NCBI GenBank assembly: GCA_964016885.1 | Contig: OZ024745.1 | Span: forward strand, 125,178,001 to 125,242,000 | Direction: 5' to 3' | Origin: Eledone cirrhosa | Taxonomy: Eukaryota | DNA length: 64,000 bases | Shown: positions 28,719 through 43,466 of the stretch, in pieces | How positions within the stretch are numbered: position 1 is the first letter of the stretch | Layout of the letters: each line of letters begins with the position of its first letter | Position numbers and translations under genes: made by a program | The notes under the pieces: model-generated | What the model was told of the DNA's origin: nothing | The model's database searches: none | The model's input: the letters and a program-made list of their open reading frames with translations, nothing else

Positions 28719-31028
28719 ACATTATCACTAATATTGCCACTGTCTCACGCTAAATTCTGTACCTACAAAGACAGCAATATGGCTGAAACGTTAGTGTCTG
28801 GAACGATATGCTTTGCAGTACTTAGTTTGGCCTCTTACATTTTTTAAGATCAGATCAAGCTGAGGTCAACTTCGAATTTCAGTATTCAAGAATCTAATTC
28901 GACGGATGTTTGAATCAGATAAGAAGCTTTACGATATTTGTTTTAACTTTTTGTGCTTTTTGGGTGGTAGATTTAATAAGACACACAGTTTAATAACACA
29001 ATCTAGAATTGCTTATTTTGGTAGCACATTCAGATCAGGTTTGAGTAATACTTTCATTCCATTCTCTATCCTGGTAAGATTCATATTACTGCCCCTTTCC
29101 CGTGAATACCCCATACAAAAGCTCCGTGTTACTGAGGTGGGTATAACAATGAATTGATTTGTATGCTATACTATGTTGTTTGCTTTTGTCTCTGATATTC
29201 TGTTAATGATCCACATGTTTGCTATATGGAAAATGTTCTATGATATTTGTGTGAATTGTTGATTTTATTATAATGTTAGCAGCTGTCATCCAATAGTTTG
29301 TTTTCTGTTATATTACTGGTTAGCGATTTCTAATGTGTTAGTTTTCTTCTTTATGATACATATTGATGCAATTTGTCTTGATATTGTTTTAAAATTCATA
29401 CCTCAATCTTTTATTTCCGATTCAAGACGATTTTCTCTATTTCTGTCCATTTTATATCTTTGCATTTCACAAAGTATTACAATGCCTGTTATATTTCAAA
29501 CTTCTTTTCAATGAGATTGATAATTATATCTGGACGGTTCCCTTTGTCTAGTCGTCAGTCTGATCAAACCTCGTTGAAATTATCTTATCCAGAATGTTGT
29601 CAAATACTCTATACTACACTTGATTATAGCACTTCTCTAAATGATAGTGAGTATTATATGTATTAGCATAAAGATGCTCCATTTTATATGTATGCTTTTA
29701 ATTACATGCCAACATATACATTGTCTTGGGACTTGAATGTGGCGAATAGCCAGTGCACAATGACAATGCATTTTGGATTAATTCAGCATAGATATCTAGA
29801 GTCTTTGAAGTGTCATTCACATTTCTAACGCTGATACTAATATATTATTACAAAAATACATGGCTATTTTCTCTGTTATAAATGACAATATCCGACCAGT
29901 TTCATGTGCATCAAATAAAATATTTTATGGGAATTTTCCATCAATATTTGCTATTTCATGTCTAAAAAGTTTTTCGCCTGTAGAAAAGTTGTTAATTGGT
30001 TTTGCTTTTTTTGTGAGAAACTACATCAAATGGAACTAATGGAGAGGTTAGCCATTGTGATTATTTATTGTTAGGAAGAGCCAGTCATAGCAAGAAAACA
30101 ACTAGTCCACAGAGAGAGTTTGTGGGGGTGCAGAAAACATCAGAATAAGTAGATATGACTAGAGCTATTCATCCAGTACATGCTTAATGACGTAACATTT
30201 CATTACCAATGACTGACATATTATCCAAGGAGCTATTGCAGGGATATCAAACTACGGAAACATTTCTTAAGCGTATATAAGAAAATGTTATTCTGGTGCA
30301 CAGGACGTGAAACGACAAATGTTATGCGTCTGATCATATTATCAAATTTTTGTTCTTAAAAATGTAAATGAATACTTATTTGCCTTTGGCGACCAGAAAT
30401 ATATTCCCCTCTGGTCTACCACATTTTTCTGTTGTAGTCATTGTGGAAACTGTGTACATGAGTAGCTCGAACGAGAAATTGAAGTCTCTTTATCAAGACA
30501 AGAATCGTTAGTGATTTCAGTGAAAGAATGTGTGTGTTGGTATGTTATCAACAGACGTTACATTTGTTCTCATTTCCAAATGCGGGAAAGCTTTAAACAA
30601 GCTGTTGTTTTTTTCAGATCTATAAAGGTAGTAATATCTAAGAAGGAGAATCTTTAAATTCGAAAGTATATGTTCATCGTACGAATTAGTATGAAGTTGT
30701 TAATTTATGTTTATATTTTAAATAAATCACTGTCTTCTTACACATGTAACTATTTCATGATTACATATACACACACATATTTATATAAGTATCTATCTAT
30801 CTCTATATATATTTAAAAAAAGGAAAAGTATGACTTCACTTGTAATTCTAAACAATTTGATTTAATTTAATAATATGATTTTACTATTTGGTTTTGTAGA
30901 CCTACAAACCAAATTGTAAAATCATAACATTATAAAATAAAATAAAATTGTTTAGAACTACAAGTGAATTCATTCTTTTCCTTTCTTTAAATATATCTAA
31001 CTGTACTAAGGATTTCACACATTCTCCA

Positions 31029-31064
<36 letters not shown>

Positions 31065-32533
31065 CTGTGTGTGTGTGTGTGTGTTCACGCGTGTGTGTGT
31101 GTGCACGCGTGCGTGTGTGTGTGTGTTTGTTTGTTTGTTTGTCTCTATATATATCATTAAGTGCAAGCGAGAATCCCTGAGAAGGTCAGATGAAAATAAA
31201 TGTATAGTCAATTGAAATAGCAATCCTAACGAGAATACATGTCATCAGAATTAATGAAAATCAGACGGGCTATAGATATATCACCCAAATTTCAATCAAC
31301 CATAGTTATATACATGAAGCCTTAGTGGCAACACTGGTAGGGATTCGGTTATACTGAAACGTCTCAGTATATCCTGCGCCATTCAATACCTATCTACGTG
31401 TCAGAGGGAATTATAGAAATATGTTGTACGAATTTGCACTAATTATGTAGATTGACATATCCATAGTGAAACATATCTCAAAGCTTCCTTCTACATAAAG
31501 AACATATAGTTATATCCATGCTGCCATTTTGTGGGGCTGAGCCACATTCCTTAAGTAGTTGAAATTATGAAATAATGAGAAACACTTTGTTGCAGTTAAT
31601 AAACATGTAGCGGAACTACTTCATACCTTGCAACAACTATGTCTTATATGTGATTAGGTTAAACAAACCAATCGTAATAGATCGCGTATGAATACATTGT
31701 TGCCGCCTCCTTATAAAACATTCTGGTTCACCAGAGAGATGATTCTCTTGGACAGCAAGCTGCTAAGACATTCTATGAAGTAGCTCCTTCATATTCCCCG
31801 TATTTTCCTGTAAAGAGGAAGTAAATATTTATCAACTAGACATTCTACATCTCGGGAATTATTCAAGAGTGAGTTGTCTCTAAAATTTAGTCGCCATGCT
31901 GACATCATTTCTTTTTATTCGACTTTCTCAGCTAATCATAATCCACTAAATGGCCGTCAATATTTCAGAGAAACAAGTAGATTCTTCTGAGAATATGTCA
32001 TTCACCCTCTACGTTATTTACTTTTTCTCAAGAGACTTATGATTGCAATTAATTGAAGAAAACATCCGTTTTACCTCTTTACTTATAGTAGCCTAAAATT
32101 AACAATGCTTTCTTTACAGAGAAAATTAACAAGGCGATCTTTTCAATGTATTTTAGTTTTAGTACTTTAGTTTACCATTTCATTGCATGTTCTTCATTCC
32201 AATTTCTATATTTATATCTTATTGAAAAGGTGGTGGTCATTGGATGGATTATGACAGAAATATGCTTTACACACCACAGTACTCCATGTCCTAAATAAAA
32301 TTCAATTTCTTTCTTTAACGGCAATGGCGATTTATCTAATTACGATTAGAAAATCAAATAATTAAAATAATGTTTCTGTCACCCACCCTAAGTTATTGTA
32401 GCTTCCATACATCGATGAGAATAGATATAGTTGAGGAATCCTTTACTGGTATAGGTGCATCGACTTCAAAAAAAATCTGCGAATTTCTGTGTATGATTCT
32501 CTATTCATTGTCTATATAATACTTATTTTTTTG

Positions 32534-32689
<156 letters not shown>

Positions 32690-33406
32690 AGTGTGTTAAT
32701 TCCCGTGTTTTTATGTATATGTGCGTCCTTGCGTATATATACTCATATTTGTGTGTGCTAAGTTACACTTGCGTGAGGCACATAGAAATTTAATTAAGAA
32801 TAAATTAAATTAATAAACCGATACCCCATTGTAACAAAAATAAATTTAATATTTAGCGAAATCTTTTCATTTGCCCACAACTACAGCAAAGTAATTGCCA
32901 TAGATTTAATTAACTTTAGGCAATATCTAACCAAATGTTTGCACCGATTAGCTTTAACAAATATACTTCTTTAATTAATATTCTCTGTTGTATTATTTGT
33001 ATATCTGTATACCATAATTTTATTGTAATTATTGCCGCATGTATTGTTTTGTTTCGTTGTTGCTGTTGTTTGACTAAAAATAAACATAATCCTGAATGGG
33101 TCGGCGTACCATAGCAGGACATAGAAAAGATACTTTGCAATATATGTAATGTTACTTAGTGCAATAAATTAGTACAGTGTAATGAAGTGTAAATTTATGT
33201 TGCAAGATATAATACATTTTAATTGTTTAGAAGTGAAATCAGGTGCAATATAAAGATGTGAGGTTGTTGACATAATTTCCGATATGAATATGAACGATAC
33301 ATAATCTAGTTATCTTTTATTGCCCTATTAAAAATTTGATCTGTTGATTTCGGTGATATTTACTTCATCCCAGAACTGAATGCACGTAGGAACATTCCGA
33401 TTAATG

Positions 33407-33476
<70 letters not shown>

Positions 33477-33730
33477 GGAAAAAATGAAATTTAATTTCTC
33501 ACTCATAGTACGGCTGATACTTAAATGTAAGTATGTATACGTACATACATATATGTATACAGACGTACAGTAATATGTATAATTATACATACATGCACAC
33601 ATATATATGTACGTATGGGTTTACCGAACATTTATTATAATGTTCAGTTAGTTTGTAAACAAACAGCCCGATTTAAGCCGTACAGTGTTCGGCAACCATC
33701 GTTGCCCTTTTGTTCAACAATGACAAAGGA

Positions 33731-33773
33731 ACGATATACTAGTTTCAAGCTTATTAGCTATCGTCAGCATCGT
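33731..33773 (-). ncRNA. Minimal type I hammerhead ribozyme
   Basis: Minus: ACGATG CTGACGA tAGC-TAATAA-GCTt GAAA CTAG TA TATCGT. Confidence 0.8.
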
Positions 33774-34412
33774 ATACCTTCCTGTCAGATGATTGAACGT
33801 TTGAAAGTATATACTTTCCATATGCATATTAACGGTTGAGCAGCCTAATTTGCATATCGAGTGAGTTAGTCAGCCGGGCGTACCGAAAACGATAAATGGA
33901 AAAAAATGAAATTTCATTTCTCATTTATAGTACGGCTGATACTTAAATATAAGTATATATACGTACATACATATATGTATAAAGACGTACAGTAGTATGT
34001 ATATACTAATAAGCTTGAAACTAGTACATCGTTCCTTTGTCAGTGTTGAACAAAGGGGTAACGATGGTTGCCGAACACTGTACGGCTTAATTCGGGCTGT
34101 TTGTTTACAAACAAACCGAACATTATAATAAATGTTCGGTAAACCCATACGTGCATATATATATGTGTGCATGTATGTATGTATATACATACTACTGTAC
34201 GTCTGTATACATACATGTATGTACGTATACATACTTATATTTAAATATCAGCCGTACTATGAGAGAGAAATGAAACTTCATTTTTTTCATTTATCGTTTT
34301 CGGTACGCCCGGCCAACTAACTCACTCGATATGCAAATTAGGCTGCTCAGCCGTTACTATACATAAGGAAAGTATATACTTTCAAACGTTCAATCATTTG
34401 ACAGGAAGGAAT

Positions 34413-34455
34413 ACGTTGCTGACGATAGCTAATAGCATTGAAACTAGTCCATCGG
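34413..34455 (+). ncRNA. Minimal type I hammerhead ribozyme (diverged second copy)
   Basis: ACGTTG CTGACGA TAGCTAATAGCATT GAAA CTAG TC CATCGG. Confidence 0.6.
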
Positions 34456-34914
34456 TCATGTGTCAGTGTTGAACAAAAGGGCAACGATGGTTGCCTAACA
34501 CTGTACGGCTTAATTCGTGCTGTTTGTTTACAAACAAACCGAACATTATAATAAATGTTCGTTAAGTTAAACCCATACGTACATATATATATATATGTGT
34601 GCATGTATGTATATACATACTACTGTACGTCTGTATACATATATGTATGTACGTATACATACCTATATATATATATATATAATATGTATATATATATATA
34701 AGTATGTATATATATGTATATATATATGTATATATATATATGTATATATATATGTATATATATATATGTATAAATATATGTATGTATATATATATATGAA
34801 TATATGTATATATATATGTATATATATATGTATGTATTTGTGTATATGCATATGTATATATATATGTATATATATATATATGTATATGTATATATATATA
34901 TGTATATATAGATG

Positions 34915-34973
<59 letters not shown>

Positions 34974-35004
34974 GTATATGTATATATATATTTATATGTA
35001 TATG

Positions 35005-35035
<31 letters not shown>

Positions 35036-35059
35036 GTATATATATATGTATATATATGT

Positions 35060-35566
35060 ATATGTGTATTTGGTGTACACGTTCGTATGTGTGCGGGTAC
35101 AGGTGTTGCGCGGGTCTTTGTATGTGTGCGCGTGTTTTAGTGTACGTGCTTGTATTTGCATACCATGGATGCTGTTTTCGCTTATGCATGTGTATGGATG
35201 TGTGTATGTATATTTTTAATTATTGTTGATTTCAATAACCTCTGTAATTTATTTACATTGTTCTTAACCCTGAAGCCGAGAATCATTCGGTCTCCTGAAT
35301 AGGATATTAGTCTACGACTTCATCGATACCATAAATGTGGTTTTGTCTTTGCGTGTAATTGTTCTCCGCGTCCAAATAATGACGTATCATCTTCGCTTTT
35401 TTTCCGTTCATTGCCAGAGAACGTCTCCACGAACCAAAGTATCGTCTTCCTGTTTTCCTTCGGTTGCAACGTTTTTCGAAATATTTACTTCTGTGTTCAC
35501 AGATTGATTTTTTTAGTTTCAGAAAATCCCGTTAATGGTGAAAGCAGCGATTCTTTGCTTAAACTT
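35060..35566 (+). mobile_element. Penelope-like 3' UTR/pseudo-LTR
   Basis: Reverse complement of about 61500-62010, which lies downstream of a PLE endonuclease. Partial copy at 7765-7885. Confidence 0.7.
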
Positions 35567-36750
35567 TGACGATATATTACTTCTAATTGACAACCATAGC
35601 AATAGTGAAATTAATAAGAAAAGGAAATCCATTATACAATTTTTCAATAACTATAACCTTAAGTTAGAAATAGAGAATAACTACAAAATCGTTAACTTCT
35701 TAGTTGTAACCTTAAACCTTAGCACAGGTCTTTACTATCCTTTCCATAAAATTAACGAAAATCTAAATTACGTAAGTTTCAATTCTAATCATCGTAGATG
35801 TTTGAAAACACTATTGTCAATAGCGTCCAACAACGGATTTCACCCATCTTTGCTAATAAAAAATATTTTTGATAATAAGGTAGAATATTACAATGAAGCT
35901 TTACATAGAGCAGGATTCTCGAACAAAATTAAATAAATAGATAACAATAACATGACAAATCATCCTAGAATTAATCATAATAATAATAAACAATTTAACT
36001 TAAACACTAAACTAAACGAAAAAACTAGAACTAGAAATATTATTTGGTACTCTACCCCATTCTCATTAAGCGTTAAAACACCTTTATCAAAGCCATTCTT
36101 TAAAGCCCTAGATAAATGTTTTCCTAAAATCCACAGATACCACTCTATTTTTAACAGACACTATTAAACTATCCTACTCTACTACTATGAACATAGCACA
36201 AAATATAAATAGAATTAATAATAGAAACTTACATTTAAACCCTATCCAAACAAACCAAAATAGCAATAATAACATTTTTAACAACAATATTCAGAATAAT
36301 AGTACCGTTCCGAACAACAACTCCAGAAAATGTAACTGTAGAATCAAATCAAACTGCCCTTTAAAAGATAATTGTTTAGTCAAAAACGTAGTTTATAAAT
36401 GCACAGTTAAAACTAGAGACAAAGTATTTAACTAAATTGGTGCCACTTCAACAAAATTCAAATAACGCAGTAATAACCATAAACACACATTTAAGAGATC
36501 TGACAAAACATCTTCTACTTCACTTTCACATTTAATTTGGAACTTAAAAGACATCAATATAGACTATTCAATATCTTGGAGAACGATTTCGAAAGCACCT
36601 GCATACCGAAATAGCTTTCTGAAGATTCTGTAACTTGTGTATCGAAGAAAGTTTTTATATAATTAATTATCAAAACTCTATTAATCTCAAAACAGAATTA
36701 TTTTCTTCTTGCAGACATCGCCAAAATTCCACGTTCAGAAGTATTTTTAA
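35567..36750 (+). pseudogene. 5'-truncated Penelope-like element: RT C-terminal half, linker and GIY-YIG endonuclease
   Basis: Starts at DDILLL (RT motif C), then VNFLVVTLNL, YVSFNSNH, YNEALHRAGF, RNIIWYSTPFS, CNCRIKSNCPLKDNCLVKNVVYKC...IGATS, ..CNLCIEE..NLKTELFSSCRH. Several frameshifts and stops. Confidence 0.9.
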
Positions 36751-37534
36751 TTCATAATATTCCTACACACTTTCAAAATGATCCTATTTTCTTTAAAACA
36801 ATTTAAATGACATTTATTTTAATTTTTTAATATTTTTTTTATATTTCTAATATTGTTTTAATAATTCTAATATTTTCACCTTATATAAGACTGATAAATA
36901 GAGTCTTAAGAACAGCATGGGCTGATACAATATACCACATTCTTACTTTAAAAGAAATCAACCGTGTGTTTACCTGAGTAATCAATATTTTCGCAGGAGA
37001 ATTAACAGATAAATATATTTTATTTACGCAGTTTTATTTACTCATCAACACACCACTGACATTCTTTACAATGTAGGATATTTTCCCCTCGTAGTAAAAT
37101 ATAATAATGGTAAGGACTTGTTTCATAAAATATATTTACCCTTAACTACATTTCCCAAATCACCATTTATATATATTTTTTTTATTTTTCCTTTCCTTAT
37201 TCTATTCAATTCTTTCAGTTAACTAAATCTTTTTGCCTAGGACCTTTCCTACTCAACGATGAAACAATTCAGTAATGTGTGTTTACATGAGATGAAGATT
37301 TACAGTAGGAATCCTGAAAAGCTATGCTATTTAGACAGTAAAGTGATAACTGTTGCTTCATTATCTAATGTAATTTAACAACAGAGAAAGTGTTTATTCC
37401 AAAATGAAATATATTCTGATACACTATTTATCTTTCTTTCAGTTCTTCGAAATCTACTCGTTCATCATACAGAAGCCATACACCAGCTTCTCGATGAACA
37501 TTTCACTGACAATTATCATACATTATATGGTGCT

Positions 37535-37920
37535 TTGGAGCAAAGAGTAACGGCCCTTTGTCGTCTGAGTTCAAATGCCGCCGAGGTTAACTTTGCCTTT
37601 CAACCTTACGAGGTCGATAGAATAAAGTACCAGTAATACACTAGGATAATTGCTGGCATTGTGCCAAAAGTAGAAACAATTATATTACCTAAATAGTGAG
37701 GGCAAAGGGATTGGCAGTATCGGTAGAGGGTCTGACGTCATGCTTTGCAGCATAGAGTTACGGTCATTTACGGTTTGAGTTCAAATCCCGCCGAGGTTAA
37801 TTTTACCTTTCATCCTACGGGGTCGATAAAATAAAGCACAAGTAGCGTACTAGGTTCGATTTAATCGACTTTCCCCTCCTTCAAATCACTGGCCTTGTGC
37901 CTATAATAGAAATCATTTTA
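37535..37920 (+). mobile_element. Two tandem copies of the major SINE (37535-37682, 37699-37920)
   Basis: Consensus match; TATTACCT(A/G)AATAGT target-site duplication around the second copy. Confidence 0.8.
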
Positions 37921-39366
37921 TTACCTGAATAGTCATACATTCGTTTTGTCGCATTTCTATATCAACTCTCTTCAACTTGATAGATAGGATAGCTTCAATT
38001 AGAAAATGGAGTGCATTTTATTCTTAACTCAGACATAGGAATAATTATCATAGAAACAGTAATAGTGATACATATTTCAATTTTTAGGTATAACTCACCC
38101 TATAGGTAAAACGTAGAATTCTTTGATACCAGTATTTGAATTTCAACATGACACATTTGACTTGCCACACTATAAAACCTAAGAATTATAACTTCGAATT
38201 TCATACATTTATTGTTATTTTCCTTGTTTTTCATTAATTTGCTCTAGTTACCAGAGGAGTAGAATCCACCTGCAATATATATTATTTATTAATATACAAA
38301 TGTCTAATTCTACATAATAATATCACCCAGAGTGTATTCAAAGGATAAAGAGAAAAATTGTTATTATTTAACTAAGCATGATTCCTGATCTAAGCATTCC
38401 ATTTATAATCATAATACATCTAGAAATCCATTATCCAATATATATCTCATATTTAAAGTCGTTAAGGTGATATTTGAGGGAGATTTTAGTGTTATTTCAA
38501 GAAGCTCCCTTCATTGAATTTAAGAATAATGTATTAATATGGAGTCGAACAGATGGAATAATAATTAGATAATGTTCGTATTTCTGAGTGCAGAAGGTTA
38601 TTAGAACTACATGAATTGCGAGACAGGAAACTATATCAAATTATAATGGTGATAGGTTGATAGATTTTAATTCGTGTCTTCCTACTGACAATTATGAGCA
38701 ATAAAATAACAGTTGAATGCTTTCCTGTAGAGATATACCTTCCCTGAAATAGCATTTAATCAACAATTGTCAAAGTTATGTGTATGGGGTGGGGATGCGC
38801 GTAAAGGGAAAATGCAGCAGACACAACAGTCACTAATAAATACTGCATTATTTAATAATATTATTATTGTCAAATTAATAAATTATTTGTGCATCTGTCA
38901 TATGAATCTTGTGATAAAAATTGCTGATATAAACGCTGGAGTGATGATACATCTTTTCTTAAAATTGTTTATTCATGCACTTTCTATCATAAATACTGCA
39001 ATTTGCAAATTCTCCACCTTTATTAACACCATCACCATTAATAAAAAGACTTGTTGTTAATGGTGATGGTGGTAATAATGATTATAATATGGTTCCAAAC
39101 ATGGGTCTTGCATATTTCAAGCAACACTGAAACAAATTCACTGCACCATGAAATATTTCACCGTACAAATCAATCAGAGTAATTGTAAACATAATTCACA
39201 CTCACCGCAATGAACATCAGTACTACTGCTTTCTCGTCTATTAATCATCATCTTATTTCACTAATCTCATGTCATAATAGGCCTTGTTTCAACATAATTT
39301 CATTAACTCTGCCGTTGCAGCCAACTGCATCCTACAAGCAACACGCTATCATTATTAGCATCTTCA

Positions 39367-39470
39367 GCCGAGGTTAACTTTGCCTTTCATCCTTCCGGGG
39401 TCGATAGAATAAAGTACCAGTAATGCATTCGGTAATTGCTGGCCTTGTGCCAAAAGTAGAAACAATTATT
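39367..39470 (+). mobile_element. 5'-truncated major SINE with 18-bp TSD
   Basis: ATTATTAGCATCTTCAGC at 39351 and 39465. Confidence 0.85.
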
Positions 39471-39857
39471 AGCATCTTCAGCGAATATGAACACACTTTG
39501 ACCTATATACTTCAAAATAATCATCATAAAGCTTGAATCCTACGTTTTCATTCGCTTACATGGTTTGGATAACATGCCCAGACAGGACACTTCCAGGCAA
39601 TTTTGTCTGGACGCATAAACCCTAAGGACTGCAGCACCCAGCGATCTAACCTCATGATGCCGCAACTTTTTATTACATTATTTTCGGCTTTTCTGGCCAG
39701 AATTATTATACCCCGATAGTAAGTAGTAAGTTTTGGTTGCCTCGTTAAACCCATTCACATCACAGGCTCACATAAAATTCATACCTCCATATATTGACTG
39801 ATGCCCTTTATGTTTATCTACTCTCTTATTTGAAAAGATTCTTCACAGCAAAATAAC

Positions 39858-40046
39858 TGTTTCTACTTTTGGCACAAGGCCAGCAATTATCCCAGTGTAT
39901 TACTGGTACTTTATTTTATCGAACCCGTATGGATGAAAGGCAAAGTTAACCTCGGCGAGATTTGAACTCAGACCGTAAAGCGCCGTAACTCTATGCTGCT
40001 AAGGAAGGCATCCGACCCTTTACCGATAATGCCAATCCACTGCCCT
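39858..40046 (-). mobile_element. Full-length major SINE with 17-bp TSD
   Basis: CTTCACAGCAAAATAAC at 39841 and 40045. Confidence 0.9.
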
Positions 40047-40529
40047 TCACAGCAAAATAACGACGAAAGATCAATGCTGCTTCTCAACCTGTAGTAAATT
40101 CTCTATCAAATCTCATCATACTCTATTAACTAATAATACATTAGACAATATAGTATTTGCTGTAAAGCACTGATTCCATTGTGATGCCTGTAACGCTTAC
40201 TTAGGTCTGCTTGGTAAGGAATGACCTAGAAAAAACAGCAACAGCCCTATCAATATCTAATACCAATTAGCAAATCATTGTTCACTCTCTAATCTTCCTA
40301 CAATACACATTTAATTTCCATATCTTTGTACATACCATATCCAGTCTTTTGTACATGCTTATTTAATGCTTTTGTATGAACAGGAATACTCTTAGTAGGT
40401 AACTTAGGTAGCTCCTGTTTGAATCCCTACACCTCGTTTTGCATATTTTAAGTACACTGCAGAGATATATGTCCTTCTCAGCCAACTCCTCCGATGTCCA
40501 TCGGAAACATGTATTGCTACATTATAACT

Positions 40530-40800
40530 CATGATCTACATCGTCTCTACGGAAGCACCGAGGGATGTGTTCCCTTCAGAATCATACAAAATAAAGTATA
40601 ATTCTTGGAAACATGTTCCAATTTGATAATGTGTTCCTTCCTCCAACTCTGAACGGATTGAATCCCAATGAGCCTTTCTGAAGTCCCACCGTGGTAGTAG
40701 CATGGATTGTACTATAGGAATCTCTATACCGATATCTATCACAGCTGGTCTATGTTTTCTGTTTGGGAAGTGAGAGGGTATTTTCAGAGAAATTTGAACG
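40530..40800 (-). mobile_element. LINE remnant (end of APE domain and linker)
   Basis: PNRKHRPAVIDIGIEIPIVQSMLLPRWDFRKAHW resembles the SxHRP...RWNFxKANW motif of I/Jockey-group ORF2. Confidence 0.6.
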
Positions 40801-41451
40801 GGATTGAATGATTTGAACTTTCAGTCTCTAAAACAAAACACTTCCAGCGTAGAATACCAATGAATCATCATATAATGCAGCTTAGATAAACTTGGTTAAA
40901 TTGAAACAAAACAACTCACCCGGCTGTGGGCCGAATGGTTTTGATCATGGATTATCTGCCCACTCAAACTCTATAGATAAAAACATAATAGTTCATACTA
41001 AAGAAAATACGTGATATGGTGGTAGATTAATAAACATTTTGCGAATTAAATATGTCTATTGAAGATCTATGTAGCGAATTAGTTTTACGGGGTCGATAAA
41101 ATAAAATACCAGTAATACACTGGGTTAATTGCTGGCAGTGTGCCAAAAAGTAAAAACAATTAAGTTATGATAATTGAATTATTTACATATTTCAAATAGC
41201 TGCTCAACAGGAAATGTCGTTGAACCAAAGATAATACGTCGAATGGTAAATATCAAATATTCAAATATGGATTAAAATAAGGCAAATATTTACAGTCATA
41301 TTCACTTGTATTTTTCAACTAACCACATTAAACCTTACAAAGTATCACAATCGCAGGAGGTATAGTACTTCACCAAAAGTATTTAATTTATTTAAAAACA
41401 AAACATTGTGAGTTAATAGAGTTAAACACACACACGCACCCACACGCACAT

Positions 41452-41765
<314 letters not shown>

Positions 41766-41812
41766 ATATATATATGATAACAACGTATCCAGTCGACCAT
41801 GTTCTTCATTCT

Positions 41813-41901
<89 letters not shown>

Positions 41902-41903
<2 letters not shown>

Positions 41904-42525
41904 TGCTTCGTTCTCTCAACCTTTTCACCTTCATTTCCCACTGGCTCGTTTGTCTGGAATACTCCACTCTCCATTTCTAACCTAATCTCTCTGCTCAGTT
42001 CCTCCAGTTCCAACTCGCTTATCCATCCATTAGTTCTTATTACCCGAGCCTGCCTGGCCAATTTTTGTTCATCTAATTTAAATAGACCAATCTCGTTCCA
42101 GATGTTATGCATACGTTTCCTATAGCCTTTTCCCTTGGGGTTACTCTTCAGGTAACATTGCATAACAGTTCTATTCACTTCTTTCGTCCAGTTGGTTCTT
42201 GCCCCTTTCCTTCTTCTACTTACTCCAACACCAGCAGTATTTGGATGACAGCCAGGTCCCTGCTGCTGGGCCAGGGGGCACTTACTGGGTGAGAGTCAGT
42301 CACATGGCGTTCCAGTCTCCTCTTCACCGTTATTTGAACTGTTTAAGTTCGACATTTAAACACTCGTATCGAGGATTGGTGAATATATGGTTACATAATC
42401 ACCGGTGATTTCACCACTCCCAGTGATTTCATCACCCCCGGTGATTTTAGCGTGGCACCATCACGCTGAAGACGAACATAAATAAATAAACAAATAAATA
42501 GATAAAAACTTTAAAAAATAAACAT
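41902..42525 (-). mobile_element. 5' fragment of an R4/Dong-clade non-LTR retrotransposon
   Basis: WTKEVNRTVMQCYLKSNPKGKGYRKRMHNIW...EQKLARQARVIRTNGWISELELEEL is the R4/Dong N-terminal motif. The 5' end abuts a (TAA)n tract at 42526-42575. Confidence 0.75.
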
Positions 42526-42526
42526 A

Positions 42527-42612
<86 letters not shown>

Positions 42613-42679
42613 GTATATATATATATATATTGATATATATATATGTATATATATATATATACCGTATACATATATATTG

Positions 42680-42757
<78 letters not shown>

Positions 42758-42775
42758 ATATATATTTGTCTATAC

Positions 42776-42838
<63 letters not shown>

Positions 42839-42997
42839 AATTATGTCTCATAAAATAATACAACTGGCTATCCGCAAAATACATATAGTTAGCACCCCAA
42901 ACGTATAATTGGGATTATACTAACGTATATCCTAATGTTTGTTGAGTGAGACGGAAGCCGGTCGGAGTATTGCTTAAAGCTTTCTCTGTTAATGTAT

Positions 42998-43035
<38 letters not shown>

Positions 43036-43045
43036 CGTGTGTGTG

Positions 43046-43151
<106 letters not shown>

Positions 43152-43161
43152 TATATATATG

Positions 43162-43208
<47 letters not shown>

Positions 43209-43209
43209 G

Positions 43210-43256
<47 letters not shown>

Positions 43257-43313
43257 GTATATATATATATGTATATATATATATGTATATATATATGTAT
43301 ATATATATGTATA

Positions 43314-43466
<153 letters not shown>

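Larger units (their letters stand above)
33471..34670. mobile_element. Retrozyme-like element: about 421-bp HHR monomer, 1.3 copies then 1.6 inverted copies
   Basis: ATAAATGGAAAAAATGAAATTT at 33471 and 33892; orientation flips at about 34006; GAAACTAGT recurs at 34017 and 34440. (TA)n flanks. Confidence 0.75.

Noticed and set aside
35265-35345. Structured motif CTGAAGCCGAGAATCATTCGG... (also at 7832 and, reverse-complemented, 61741-61790) as an HHR
   Set aside because: It forms stems but lacks a complete CUGANGA plus GAAA/UH register on either strand. It may be a derived pseudo-LTR structure.
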